A DNA stretch of 64,000 nt from an uncultured Acidobacteriota bacterium (GTDB lineage: Bacteria; Acidobacteriota; Thermoanaerobaculia; Gp7-AA8), in contig CAWGHO010000003.1 of the NCBI GenBank assembly GCA_963822445.1, positions 864,001 through 928,000 on the forward strand. Reading direction: 5' to 3'. A model generated the notes under the pieces. The model saw only the letters and a program-made list of their open reading frames with translations, was not told where the DNA came from and searched no databases. Below are positions 21,324-30,259 of this stretch, piece by piece. How positions within the stretch are numbered: the stretch's first letter is position 1; the number at the start of each line of letters is the position of its first letter. The position numbers and the translations under genes are program-made.

Positions 21324-21935
21324 ATGGCGAAACGCAGACACGAAGAAGTACAGACCTCATCCTCCAAATCGGCGATGACGGGCATGGCCGTGGCCGGACT
21401 GGCCGTGGCGGGGCTCGTCATCTGGGCGCTGACCCGCACCGTGCAGCCCGCCCCGTCGGTCGCGGCGGACATCCCCATCGAACAGACCCAGACCCAGCCC
21501 GCGACGAATACGTTGCCGCCGCTCGAGGGCATGCCGAACCCGAATCAGGCCACCGCTTCGCCTGTCCAGGTCCCGCCGGTGTCCGACGAGAACGCGAGCG
21601 TGAAGCGCATCAGCGTCACTGAACTGCAGTCGAAGGTGAGCGCGAAGCAGGTCACGGTGATCGACGTGCGGGACAAGACGACGTTCATCGCCAGCCACAT
21701 CCCCGGCTCGCTGCACGTGCCGATGGCACAGATCGAGAGCCAGGTGACCTTCCTGCCGAAGGACAAGCCGATCGTCACGTACTGTACGTGACCCAATGAA
21801 GAATCGAGCGCCCGGGCGGCGCTCATCCTGCAGCGGTACGGCTTCACCAACGTTTCGGCTCTCGAAGGCGGATATGACGCGTGGCGCACGGTCGGTGCTC
21901 CGACCGCGCAAGGGGACCCGCCGCCGATTCCTTGA
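21324..21935 (+). CDS. membrane-anchored rhodanese-domain protein with in-frame TGA (probable selenocysteine)
   Basis: VIDVR..HIPGS..IVTYCT-TGA-PNEESSARAALILQRYGFTNVSALEGGYDAW; the rhodanese domain is complete only by reading through TGA 21789-21791. Confidence 0.85.
21806..21824 (+). promoter_or_regulatory. putative bacterial SECIS hairpin
   Basis: GAGCGCC-CGGGC-GGCGCTC: 7-bp stem, 5-nt loop with G at position 2, 21 nt between the UGA and the loop. Confidence 0.65.
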
Positions 21936-21937
21936 TT

Positions 21938-22038
21938 AGTAGGCAGTAGGCAGTGGGCAGTAGGCAGTGGACCGCCACCCACTCCCGTCGTGGTTGGGCG
22001 GCGGCCTCCTGCCTACTGCCCACTGCCTACTGCCCACT
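21938..22038. repeat. heptamer-array palindrome (GTRGGCA / TGCCYAC)
   Basis: agtaggcagtaggcagtgggcagtaggcagtgg ... ctgcctactgcccactgcctactgcccact. Confidence 0.85.
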
Positions 22039-22039
22039 A

Positions 22040-22441
22040 ATGTTCGAGGTCATTCATCACACGGCCGACGTGCGGCTGCGCGTTTCCGCGGCCACGCTCG
22101 AGGAGCTTTTCCGCGATGCCGTCCGCGGGATGTACGCGGTCATGCGCGGCGAAGCTCGCGGCGGCGCACCCGTTCATCGCGTGATCGCCGTCGACGAATC
22201 AGCTGACACGACCGCGCTGCTGGTCGACTTTCTGAACGAGGTCCTCAATCGCGCGCAGATCGGGCAGGAGATGTTCGAGGACGTGCGCTTCACCCGATTC
22301 GAGCCGGAGTCGCTGACCGCGGAGCTGACTGGCACAGCGCCTGCGGAGTTCGAGGAGGATGTGAAGGCGGTGACGTACCACGAAGCAGACGTCTGTCGCG
22401 AGAACGGCGGATGGACGACGATGCTGGTGTTCGACTTATGA
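22040..22441 (+). CDS. archease
   Basis: FEVIHHTADV, LLVDFLNEVL, VKAVTYH and terminal FDL. Confidence 0.92.
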   Translation: MFEVIHHTADVRLRVSAATLEELFRDAVRGMYAVMRGEARGGAPVHRVIAVDESADTTALLVDFLNEVLNRAQIGQEMFEDVRFTRFEPESLTAELTGTAPAEFEEDVKAVTYHEADVCRENGGWTTMLVFDL

Positions 22442-23826
22442 ACAAATCCAACCTCGAGAAAATCAACGACCATCTCTGGGAAGTGCCGAAGAGCTTCCGC
22501 GGCGACATGCGCGTTCCCGCTCGCGTGTACGCGACGGAACAGATGCTCGACGCGATCCTGCGCGACCGCTCGCTCGATCAGCTGGTCAACGTGGCCACGC
22601 TGCCGGGTATCCGCAAGTACGCGATCGCCATGCCGGACGTGCATGAAGGCTACGGCTTTCCGATCGGCGGCGTGGCGGCGGTGGACGCGCAGGACGGCGC
22701 GGTGTCGCCGGGCGGCATCGGCTACGACATCAACTGCGGCGTGCGACTTCTCCGATCGACGAAGACCTTCGACGAGATCCAGCCGCTGCTGCAGAAGCTC
22801 ACGCATTCCTTGGCGCGCGGCGTCCCGTCGGGCGTCGGCCGCGGCGGAAGCGTGCGGCTGAAGAAAGAGGATCTCGATCTGATCCTTCGCGATGGCGCCG
22901 CGCGCGCTGTGGCGATGGGATACGGCGATGCCGAGGATCTGAAGCACATCGAATCAGGCGGCCGTCTCGACGGCGCGGAGCCGAACGAAGTGTCGCAATC
23001 GGCACGCGAGCGCGGAGCCGACCAACTCGGAACGATCGGGTCAGGCAATCACTTCGTGGAGATCGATCGCGTGGACGAGGTGTACGACGTCGAGGAAGCC
23101 GAGCGTCTAGGCATCGTCCGCGGCGGCATCGTCATCCAGATCCACACCGGCTCCCGCGGCCTCGGCCACCAGGTCGCCACCGACTCTCTCCGCGTGATGA
23201 CCAAGACCATGGCCAAATACGGGATCGAGGTCGCCGATCGCGAGCTGGCCTGCGCGCCGCTCAGCTCGGGCGAAGGGAAGCAGTACTTGCGTGCGATGGC
23301 GGCCGCGGCGAATTTCGCATTCGCCAATCGGCAGCTGATCACCGCCGCGATCCGCCGCGCGTGGCTGCACGAGCTGACCGACGATCGCATCGACATCGTT
23401 TACGACGTCGCCCACAACGTCGCGAAGGTGGAGCGCTATCCCGATGTCGGCGAGGTGGTCGTGCACCGCAAAGGCGCGACGCGCGCATTTCCGAACCAGC
23501 CGGTGCTCATCCCCGGCAGCATGGGTACAGCCTCCTACCTCCTTCTCGGACAGGACGGCGCGATGAAACAGAGCTTCGGCTCGAGCTGCCACGGCGCGGG
23601 CCGGACGATGTCCCGAACGAAAGCGCGCACGGAGATCAATGCCGAGGAGTTGAAGGGGCGGCTGAAGAAGCTCGGGATCATCGCCGAGGCCGGATCGTCG
23701 AAGGGGCTCGTGGAAGAGGCGCCCGAGGCGTACAAGGACATCGATGCCGTGGTCGATGTCGTGGCCAAGGCCGGCATCGCGAAGAAGATCGCGAGGTTCA
23801 AGCCCGTGGCGGTGATCAAGGGGTAG
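22438..23826 (+). CDS. rtcB: RtcB-family RNA ligase
   Basis: MPDVHEGYGFPIGG, GYDINCG, GSGNHF, HTGSRG, YDVAHN, HRKGATRAF, PGSMG, HGAGR and EEAPEAYK; ATGA overlap with archease. Confidence 0.96.
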   Translation: MNKSNLEKINDHLWEVPKSFRGDMRVPARVYATEQMLDAILRDRSLDQLVNVATLPGIRKYAIAMPDVHEGYGFPIGGVAAVDAQDGAVSPGGIGYDINCGVRLLRSTKTFDEIQPLLQKLTHSLARGVPSGVGRGGSVRLKKEDLDLILRDGAARAVAMGYGDAEDLKHIESGGRLDGAEPNEVSQSARERGADQLGTIGSGNHFVEIDRVDEVYDVEEAERLGIVRGGIVIQIHTGSRGLGHQVATDSLRVMTKTMAKYGIEVADRELACAPLSSGEGKQYLRAMAAAANFAFANRQLITAAIRRAWLHELTDDRIDIVYDVAHNVAKVERYPDVGEVVVHRKGATRAFPNQPVLIPGSMGTASYLLLGQDGAMKQSFGSSCHGAGRTMSRTKARTEINAEELKGRLKKLGIIAEAGSSKGLVEEAPEAYKDIDAVVDVVAKAGIAKKIARFKPVAVIKG

Positions 23827-23859
23827 TTGCGGGGTTACGGGGTTTCGGGGTTACGAGGC
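23826..23859. repeat. octamer array (GGGGTTWC), single arm
   Basis: ttgcggggttacggggtttcggggttacgagg between convergent genes; contains the TAA stop of the HEAT-repeat gene. Confidence 0.7.
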
Positions 23860-25386
23860 TTTCTTCTTTTTTGCCGGTGCCGCCGGTTTTTCTGCCGCCG
23901 CAGGTGCAAGAGCGACGGCGATGAACTTCACGCTCGCGTTTTGCGCGGTCTTCGCCTTGTCGAGCAATGCCTTCGTGCGCGCTTCTTTCGGGAAACGCGT
24001 GGCTGCGGTTCGGACGAGGTGGGCCTGCACGACCGGCGTGCGGTCGTAAGTCGCATCGAATGCTTTGGCCATTCCGTCCAGTGCCGCGGGCGTGGTCAGG
24101 CGGGCGAGGGCGTATGCGGCGCTGGCGCGGACGGTCGGGCTGGAGTCGCCGAGGAGCGAGACCAGCGGAGCAACGGCGGACTCCTGATCGATCTTCGCCA
24201 GCGCCATTGCTCCGCGCGTGCGGGTGATCGTGCTGTAGTCGCCGGCGACGATCTTCTTGACCGTTTCCAGCTTCGACGCATCGCCGAGCTCGAGGAGGAC
24301 GACGTTGATCGTCGGCCAGAGCGGATCGTTCTCCGCGCGGCCTTCGAGCGCTTTGGTCAACACGTCGCGCGATTGTGCATCGCCACGGTGAAGAAACGCG
24401 CGAACGAGAACCGGCGCGGGATCGACGTCCGACTTCGTTTTCAGCAGACCTTTCAATGCGCTCTTCTTCTGTGGCGTGAGCTTCTGCGTCGCGTACTCGA
24501 ATCCGGCGGAGTCACCCGCCTCGATGAGCGTGACCGCGGCGAAGAGCTGGTTCGATCCCTTGAGTGCCGCGCGAAGCTGCTCGAGCGCCGTAGAGTCCTT
24601 GTACGTGAGCGCCAGACCACGCAGAGCGGCCTGCTTCACCTCTTCGGCCTTGCCGAGGCCTTTCGTCATCTTGCGGAGCGGCTCGATGGCGCGTCCGTCT
24701 TTCGCTCGCACGAGACCTTCGATCGCCGCCTCGTAGTAGATGTTGTTCAGCATTCCCTCGGTGCGCTTGATCAGTTCGGCCACGATCGCGTCGCGTTGCG
24801 CTTTCGGCGTCGCCTCATCGCCGGCGACATCGCCGAGGATCCGCAACGCCGCGTTCGTGACCTCGGACGGCTTGTCTTTCGCCAGCAACGCCATGAGGTG
24901 GGTCATCGCGTTTTCGGGATCGGAAAAAACGAGACCCGTCGCGCAACGGCCCTGCAGCGATTCGTACGGGAAGTTGTCGACGCAATTCCTGAAGAACGGC
25001 GCAACCTCGGCTTTGTATCCGGCTTTGAGCAGCACGAACGCGGCGTCGACCCACTCGCTCCAGACTTCGGCCGCCGCATCCGCGGTCGCGTCGCCGACGT
25101 CGCCGCCGAGGAGCGCGCCGGCGAGCGTCGCTACCTGCGCGGTCACTTTTTCCGACGGTTTGACGTCGACGGATTCCTTGAAGCCAGCGAGCTGCTGATC
25201 GAGGGCGAGCTTCTGCTGTTTCTGCGGCAGTTTCGCTTTCCCCTCGTCGAGGAGGAAGGAGACGAGCACCGGGTTGTACTCACCCTGGAGCGCTTTGCTG
25301 TCGAGGATGGTCTGGATCGAATCGGCCGCAAGGACGGGCCGGATGCCGAACAAGAGGACGACTGCCAGTGCCGCGATGCGCCGCAT
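23851..25386 (-). CDS. secreted HEAT/PBS-lyase repeat protein
   Basis: Signal peptide MRRIAALAVVLLFG; repeats such as AVAPLVSLLGDSSPTVRASAAYALARL; Lys-rich tail. Confidence 0.75.
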   Translation of the reverse strand: MRRIAALAVVLLFGIRPVLAADSIQTILDSKALQGEYNPVLVSFLLDEGKAKLPQKQQKLALDQQLAGFKESVDVKPSEKVTAQVATLAGALLGGDVGDATADAAAEVWSEWVDAAFVLLKAGYKAEVAPFFRNCVDNFPYESLQGRCATGLVFSDPENAMTHLMALLAKDKPSEVTNAALRILGDVAGDEATPKAQRDAIVAELIKRTEGMLNNIYYEAAIEGLVRAKDGRAIEPLRKMTKGLGKAEEVKQAALRGLALTYKDSTALEQLRAALKGSNQLFAAVTLIEAGDSAGFEYATQKLTPQKKSALKGLLKTKSDVDPAPVLVRAFLHRGDAQSRDVLTKALEGRAENDPLWPTINVVLLELGDASKLETVKKIVAGDYSTITRTRGAMALAKIDQESAVAPLVSLLGDSSPTVRASAAYALARLTTPAALDGMAKAFDATYDRTPVVQAHLVRTAATRFPKEARTKALLDKAKTAQNASVKFIAVALAPAAAEKPAAPAKKKKAS

Positions 25387-25417
25387 ACTTCGCCTCCCTG
25401 ATTTCGAGGCGGAAATT

Positions 25418-26737
25418 CTAGCGCGTCGGGGCGGAAAGATGTCTCGCGAGATCCGCGGCCTGCTGCCGGATTTCCGGAATTGCAGTCGACTCCCACAGCG
25501 CCGGACGGCGGAGCGGGCCGAGGGTGAAGAGGCCATCGACGCGGGCGCCGTCGTAGCCGAGAAGTGCGCCGTCGTCGTCGGTCTCGAGGCCGAGCCCGAG
25601 CGGATCGGGACTCAGCCAGCCAGCCTGGCGCAACTGCACGACGAGCGGCAGCTCGACGCGCGCGTAATCGCTCGCCGGTCCCGTGCAGTTGATCACTCGC
25701 GCGAAGTTCATCGTGCGAGGCTCGCTCGTTCCGCGATCGCGCCAGGTGACTTCGACGCCTGCATTGGTCTGCCGCATTTCTTCGATCCGTCCCGCATGAA
25801 CGACCAGCGGTGTCTCACCCAGTCGCCGAGCAACCTCGGGAGCCATGCGATGACGATGAACATCCCAGACATTCTTCGCATGTCGCAGAAACGACGCGCG
25901 CTGGGCGATCGACCATCGCCGCCAGATCGTCGCGGTGAGCGGGCGAAGAGCGTCGATGACCGGGCGCCAATCGCCGCTGATCTGTTCGCGAATCCAGCGA
26001 AGCACGCGACGCGGCGAATCGACGTCGTCGGGAAGCGCGAGCGTCTGCGGCGTCGATGGCGCGTGCGTTTGCGGAAGGCGTCCGTGTCGCGACAGCGCGT
26101 GCAGCGTTCCGCGATGACCTTCCGCGCGCAGCGACAAGGCGATGTCGACCATCGTGAGGCCGGTGCCGATCAGCAGGACGTCGGCGTCGCGCTGCAATCC
26201 GACCGCAGCGCCGGGCGCCCAGGGATCGCGCAGGTATTGCGGCGGTCCGACATCCGTTCCGCCGCAAGGATCTGCGGGTGGAAGGTTGCCGAGGGCGAGG
26301 ACGACGGCGTTCGCGCGGATCGTGCGGCTGTCGTGCAGGTGAACGATCCAGTGATCGTCCTGACGGGTGATGCCGACCGCGGTACCGGCAATGCGCGCGA
26401 TCGATGACGGTCCGCCGTTCTGGAGAACATGCGCGAGGTACTCGCCGTACAGCGCCCGCGGCGCGAACGTGCCGCCGTCCGCCGCGGGAAAGAGCTGTTG
26501 CAGCCAGCGCAGGAAATGATCGGGATCATCCGTGAACGCGCTCATGCGCGCCGCGGGAACATTCAGCAGGTGCGCGCCGTACGGCGTTCCGTAGGCGAGT
26601 CCGCGTGCGGCGCGCGCGCCGGCTTCGACCAGAGCGATGCGCGCATCGGGCGGTGCGACGCTGCGCCAGTGCGCCGCGAGCAACGTGCCGCTTGCGCCGG
26701 CCCCGATGATGGCGGCCCGGTACTCCGGAACGCTCAT
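25418..26737 (-). CDS. FAD/NAD(P)-binding protein (COG4529-like)
   Basis: IIGAGASG, GLAYGT..HLLNVPA.RMSA, IGTGLTMVD, WDVHRHR, VINCTGP and LWESTAIPEIR. Confidence 0.88.
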   Translation of the reverse strand: MSVPEYRAAIIGAGASGTLLAAHWRSVAPPDARIALVEAGARAARGLAYGTPYGAHLLNVPAARMSAFTDDPDHFLRWLQQLFPAADGGTFAPRALYGEYLAHVLQNGGPSSIARIAGTAVGITRQDDHWIVHLHDSRTIRANAVVLALGNLPPADPCGGTDVGPPQYLRDPWAPGAAVGLQRDADVLLIGTGLTMVDIALSLRAEGHRGTLHALSRHGRLPQTHAPSTPQTLALPDDVDSPRRVLRWIREQISGDWRPVIDALRPLTATIWRRWSIAQRASFLRHAKNVWDVHRHRMAPEVARRLGETPLVVHAGRIEEMRQTNAGVEVTWRDRGTSEPRTMNFARVINCTGPASDYARVELPLVVQLRQAGWLSPDPLGLGLETDDDGALLGYDGARVDGLFTLGPLRRPALWESTAIPEIRQQAADLARHLSAPTR

Positions 26738-28245
26738 CGCCGCGGCAGAACGACCACGAACGTCGCGCCTTTCCCCACGCCTTCACTCGCGGCGGAGACC
26801 GTGCCGCCGTGCATCTCGACGAGCTGCTTCACGATCGCCAGGCCGAGGCCGAGACCACCGTGCTGGCGCGACTCGGAGGTGCTCTGCTGGCTGAACCGAT
26901 CGAAGACCGACGGCAGGAACTCCGGCGGGATGCCGATGCCGGTATCGCTCACGGTCACCTTGAAGCGCTCGGACGTGCACTCCAGATGAATCCAGACGCG
27001 CCCGCCTTCCGGCGTGAACTTGATCGCGTTCGAGAGCAGGTTCCAGAGCACCTGATGCAGGCGGCCGCGATCCGCTTTCAGCATCGGATCTTCGCAGTCG
27101 ATGATGCGCTCGATGTCGATCTTCTTCGCGGCGGCGGTCGTCTCGACGAAGCGCATGGCCTCGTCGAGGACATTGATCACGTCGACGGTGTCGATGTGCA
27201 GCCGCAGCTTGCCGGTGATGGCCCGGGAGATGTCGATCAGGTCGTCGACGATGGCCGCCTGCGCTTTCGCGGCGAGCTCGATCTGTTCGACGGCGACGCG
27301 CAGCTCGGCGTCGATGTTCATCACCTTCATCAGCTGCGCCCAGCCGAGGATGGAGGTCATCGGCGTGCGCAGCTCGTGGGAGACCGTGGCCAGGAACTCA
27401 TCGCGGGCGCGGCTTGCGTCGCGAAGTGCGTTCTCCATCAGCTTGCGATCGGTGATGTCGTGCAGCGAGAGCACCGCGCCGGCCAGACGGCCCTCCTGCA
27501 TGATCGGCGTGGCCGAACAGATCAGGGAGATGCTCTGCCCGTTCTTGTGCAGCCATCGCTCTTCATGATCGGAAACGGTCTTGCCTTCGAAGAGGGTCTG
27601 GCTCAGCGGGCACTCGGCGGTGGGGTGGCTTTCGTGAACGGCGGTGTGGAGGTCTTTGCCGCGGAGCTCGTCTTCCGACCAGCCGAGGATTTCCGCGGCG
27701 GCGGGATTCATGTAGGTCAGGCGGCCGCTCGCGTCCATGAAGCAGAGCCCTTCCGCGACGTGGGTGGTGATGAGCCGGTTCAGCTGTTCGACGCGGCGGC
27801 GCTCGGTGTCGTCGATGGTCGTGCCGACGAGGCCCGGACGTCCGGCGATGTCGACGGAGCGTCCGCGGGAGGCGATCCAGTGCACCGAGCCGTCGGGCCA
27901 GATGGCGCGGTACTCGATCGCATACGACGCGCGGGTCTCGATCGCGTACTGGACGCGATCGTTGACCCGGTCGCGATCGTCGGGATGCATGAGCGCCCAG
28001 ATCGTGTCGATGGTGACCACGCGCGAGTCGAGAGGAATCCCGAGGTTGGCCTTGCAGCGGGGCGTGCAGTCGATGACGCCCGTCTCTACGTCGAGGTGCC
28101 AGAACCCGACGCAACCCGCGTCCGCGGCGAGGCGCAGCCAGGCCGGCTCGAGGGCTGTTGCGTAAGTCGGAATGGCGCGCTCGTGATGGACGGGGTCAAC
28201 GGTCATGCGAACCGGCATCGTCGCATCGCGAGTCGAGGCGGTCAA
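26734..28245 (-). CDS. PAS-domain sensor histidine kinase
   Basis: Two PAS/PAC domains; SHELRTP H-box, NLLSNAIKFT, DTGIGI and GLGLGL. Start could be 28218. Confidence 0.93.
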   Translation of the reverse strand: MTASTRDATMPVRMTVDPVHHERAIPTYATALEPAWLRLAADAGCVGFWHLDVETGVIDCTPRCKANLGIPLDSRVVTIDTIWALMHPDDRDRVNDRVQYAIETRASYAIEYRAIWPDGSVHWIASRGRSVDIAGRPGLVGTTIDDTERRRVEQLNRLITTHVAEGLCFMDASGRLTYMNPAAAEILGWSEDELRGKDLHTAVHESHPTAECPLSQTLFEGKTVSDHEERWLHKNGQSISLICSATPIMQEGRLAGAVLSLHDITDRKLMENALRDASRARDEFLATVSHELRTPMTSILGWAQLMKVMNIDAELRVAVEQIELAAKAQAAIVDDLIDISRAITGKLRLHIDTVDVINVLDEAMRFVETTAAAKKIDIERIIDCEDPMLKADRGRLHQVLWNLLSNAIKFTPEGGRVWIHLECTSERFKVTVSDTGIGIPPEFLPSVFDRFSQQSTSESRQHGGLGLGLAIVKQLVEMHGGTVSAASEGVGKGATFVVVLPRR

Positions 28246-28315
28246 ACACAGCCGTGAAAAGGGGAGGTCGAGAGCCGTCTCGCGGCGGCTCTCGAGTGGG
28301 TCATTCCTGATGGTG

Positions 28316-28774
28316 TCAGCCCTGCGGGCCGGCGGGTTGGCTGATCGCGACCGTGACGTAATTTCCGTCGCTGTTCTTGATCACGTACGCGGCGACCATG
28401 CCCTGCTGAAGCTGGACGTCGGTGGTGTACTGGCTGCCGTTGGCCGCCCACTGAAATCCGGCCGAGCCGCCCAGGAAGTTCGAGTTCGGATTGACCCGCG
28501 CCAGGGCCGCGTTCGTGAACACTCCGATCCAGTCGAAGGAGCTGACGATGTTTCCGCCGTAGGGCTGGTTGCTGGCGTTCCACGACAGCAATGCGAATCC
28601 GTTGCTGGACGAGATCGAGACGGCATACGTGGTCGTGCCCGCGCCGATCGGCGCAAGGGCAGCAGTATTCGACAGCGCCTCGATCCGTTCACTCTCCTGC
28701 GCGGCAAACAGGACCGCGGCCCCCTCCTGCGCGCGTCCACGCACACTGCTCTTGTCCTGAATGGGGATCGTCAT
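28316..28774 (-). CDS. hypothetical protein (beta-rich C-terminal domain with DWIGVF motif)
   Basis: Strong AAGGAGAGAGG RBS; coherent 152-aa ORF. Confidence 0.65.
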   Translation of the reverse strand: MTIPIQDKSSVRGRAQEGAAVLFAAQESERIEALSNTAALAPIGAGTTTYAVSISSSNGFALLSWNASNQPYGGNIVSSFDWIGVFTNAALARVNPNSNFLGGSAGFQWAANGSQYTTDVQLQQGMVAAYVIKNSDGNYVTVAISQPAGPQG

Positions 28775-29266
28775 GACCTCTCTCCTTGCGGGTCCTGCGA
28801 AACCAGACAGAGCGCAGCCACAGGCCGGGCCGAACCGGGTTACGTCCAACGCCGCTTTTCGAAGCGACACTGGCTACTGACTTCACGGTATGTGAGGAAA
28901 GAGTGGACCTGCAGCACTAGATATGTCGCAGCAATAGATACGGCAAGTGGTAATAACGGAGTGATTCCGATTGCTATCGGTTCTCACTTGATGGCTCTCC
29001 GTGGGCGCGCGGGCGCGTCACCATCCGGAGATGTCTCGACACTGGTTTCCCATCCGTCGTAGCGACCGCCGAGTTCTTCAGGATCAGTCAATGCTGGATC
29101 GTGAAACCGTTCGGGACCGCCCAGGCAGTGAACGCGTCGCGATCCGAGGAGGCAGGAAATACAACCAGTGGTCAATCCGATGTGTCACCGAACGATCGTC
29201 ACTCTGGTCTTTGAGAGCTGTACGCGGATCTTGGCCGCCGACCACATCCTCGATCCGTCCGCCGAG

Positions 29267-29884
29267 CTACGGCTTCGAGTAAAACGGCCGCTTGTATTTC
29301 GCGAGCAGGTCTTCGACGCGTTTCATCCAGTAGCCGCCGAATGGGGAGGGGGAGACGGTGTAGCCGGGTGGGGGGTAGGGGACGCAGGCGCCGGACTCGC
29401 CCCATTGGGAGTGGAAGACCGTGGCGCCGGGGCTGACGCGCGAGGGCAGGGGATCGGTGACCCACAGCCAGGCGTTGGTCGGGGCGAAGTGCGCGCCGAC
29501 GGGCAGGACCATCGCGTAGCGCTTCATCAGCGGCGGCCAGTGCAGCATCGCGAACATCGACGTGCCGCTGCAGTCGGGTGTGGTGAAGAGAGCCACGCTC
29601 CCGCCGGGTTGCTGCAGACCCTGAATCGTTTCCGGCGAGACCAGCAGCGCGACTTCGTCGCCGCCTTTCAGCTTGTAGCGGACGATCGCCGACAGGGGCA
29701 CGGTCGGGAAGCGGTCGTCCCAGCGGATCAGATCGCCCACCAGGGTGTCGTTCGCGTCGTAGATCTTCGTGGTGCAGCAGCGATCGCGTTCGAGACCGGG
29801 CGGTTGCACTTTCGTCGTCGGACGTTGGGCGAATGCGGAAAGGGAGATGAGGACCAGGGACAGGACCAGGGCGATGCGTCGCAT
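29267..29884 (-). CDS. secreted hypothetical protein
   Basis: GGAGGAG RBS, signal peptide, high GC3. Confidence 0.75.
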   Translation of the reverse strand: MRRIALVLSLVLISLSAFAQRPTTKVQPPGLERDRCCTTKIYDANDTLVGDLIRWDDRFPTVPLSAIVRYKLKGGDEVALLVSPETIQGLQQPGGSVALFTTPDCSGTSMFAMLHWPPLMKRYAMVLPVGAHFAPTNAWLWVTDPLPSRVSPGATVFHSQWGESGACVPYPPPGYTVSPSPFGGYWMKRVEDLLAKYKRPFYSKP

Positions 29885-29902
29885 GCGACTCCTCCTCCTC
29901 GT

Positions 29903-30259
29903 TTACTGTGCCGGTGCCGGCTCGGCCAGCGAATCACGAATCCGTTTGTCCCACGACGTGGACTGAATCTCCTGAACCTTTCCACCGACGAAGACGACCA
30001 GCGAATCCATCTTGCGGACGTAGTCGGTGACGTAGCTCCACTCCTCGATCGACACGCCGTCGAAGCGAAGCCGCGCCGCGCGCCGCTCGGGCGGTCCCAT
30101 CAGCCGCTCCACCTCGACCAGGGTCTGGCCGAGGCGGATCTTGTTGATGGCGGCGCGATTCTTTTCCGCGAGCTTGAAGGCGTGCCGTTCGACGTTCACG
30201 CCGCTGCTGCAGCCGGCGAGGACGATCACGGCGATGGCAATGACTTTCTTCAGAACCAT
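29903..30259 (-). CDS. lipoprotein (SmpA/BamE- or DUF3192-like)
   Basis: Lipobox LAGC; IRLGQTLVEVERLMGPPE..EEWSY pattern. Confidence 0.65.
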   Translation of the reverse strand: MVLKKVIAIAVIVLAGCSSGVNVERHAFKLAEKNRAAINKIRLGQTLVEVERLMGPPERRAARLRFDGVSIEEWSYVTDYVRKMDSLVVFVGGKVQEIQSTSWDKRIRDSLAEPAPAQ

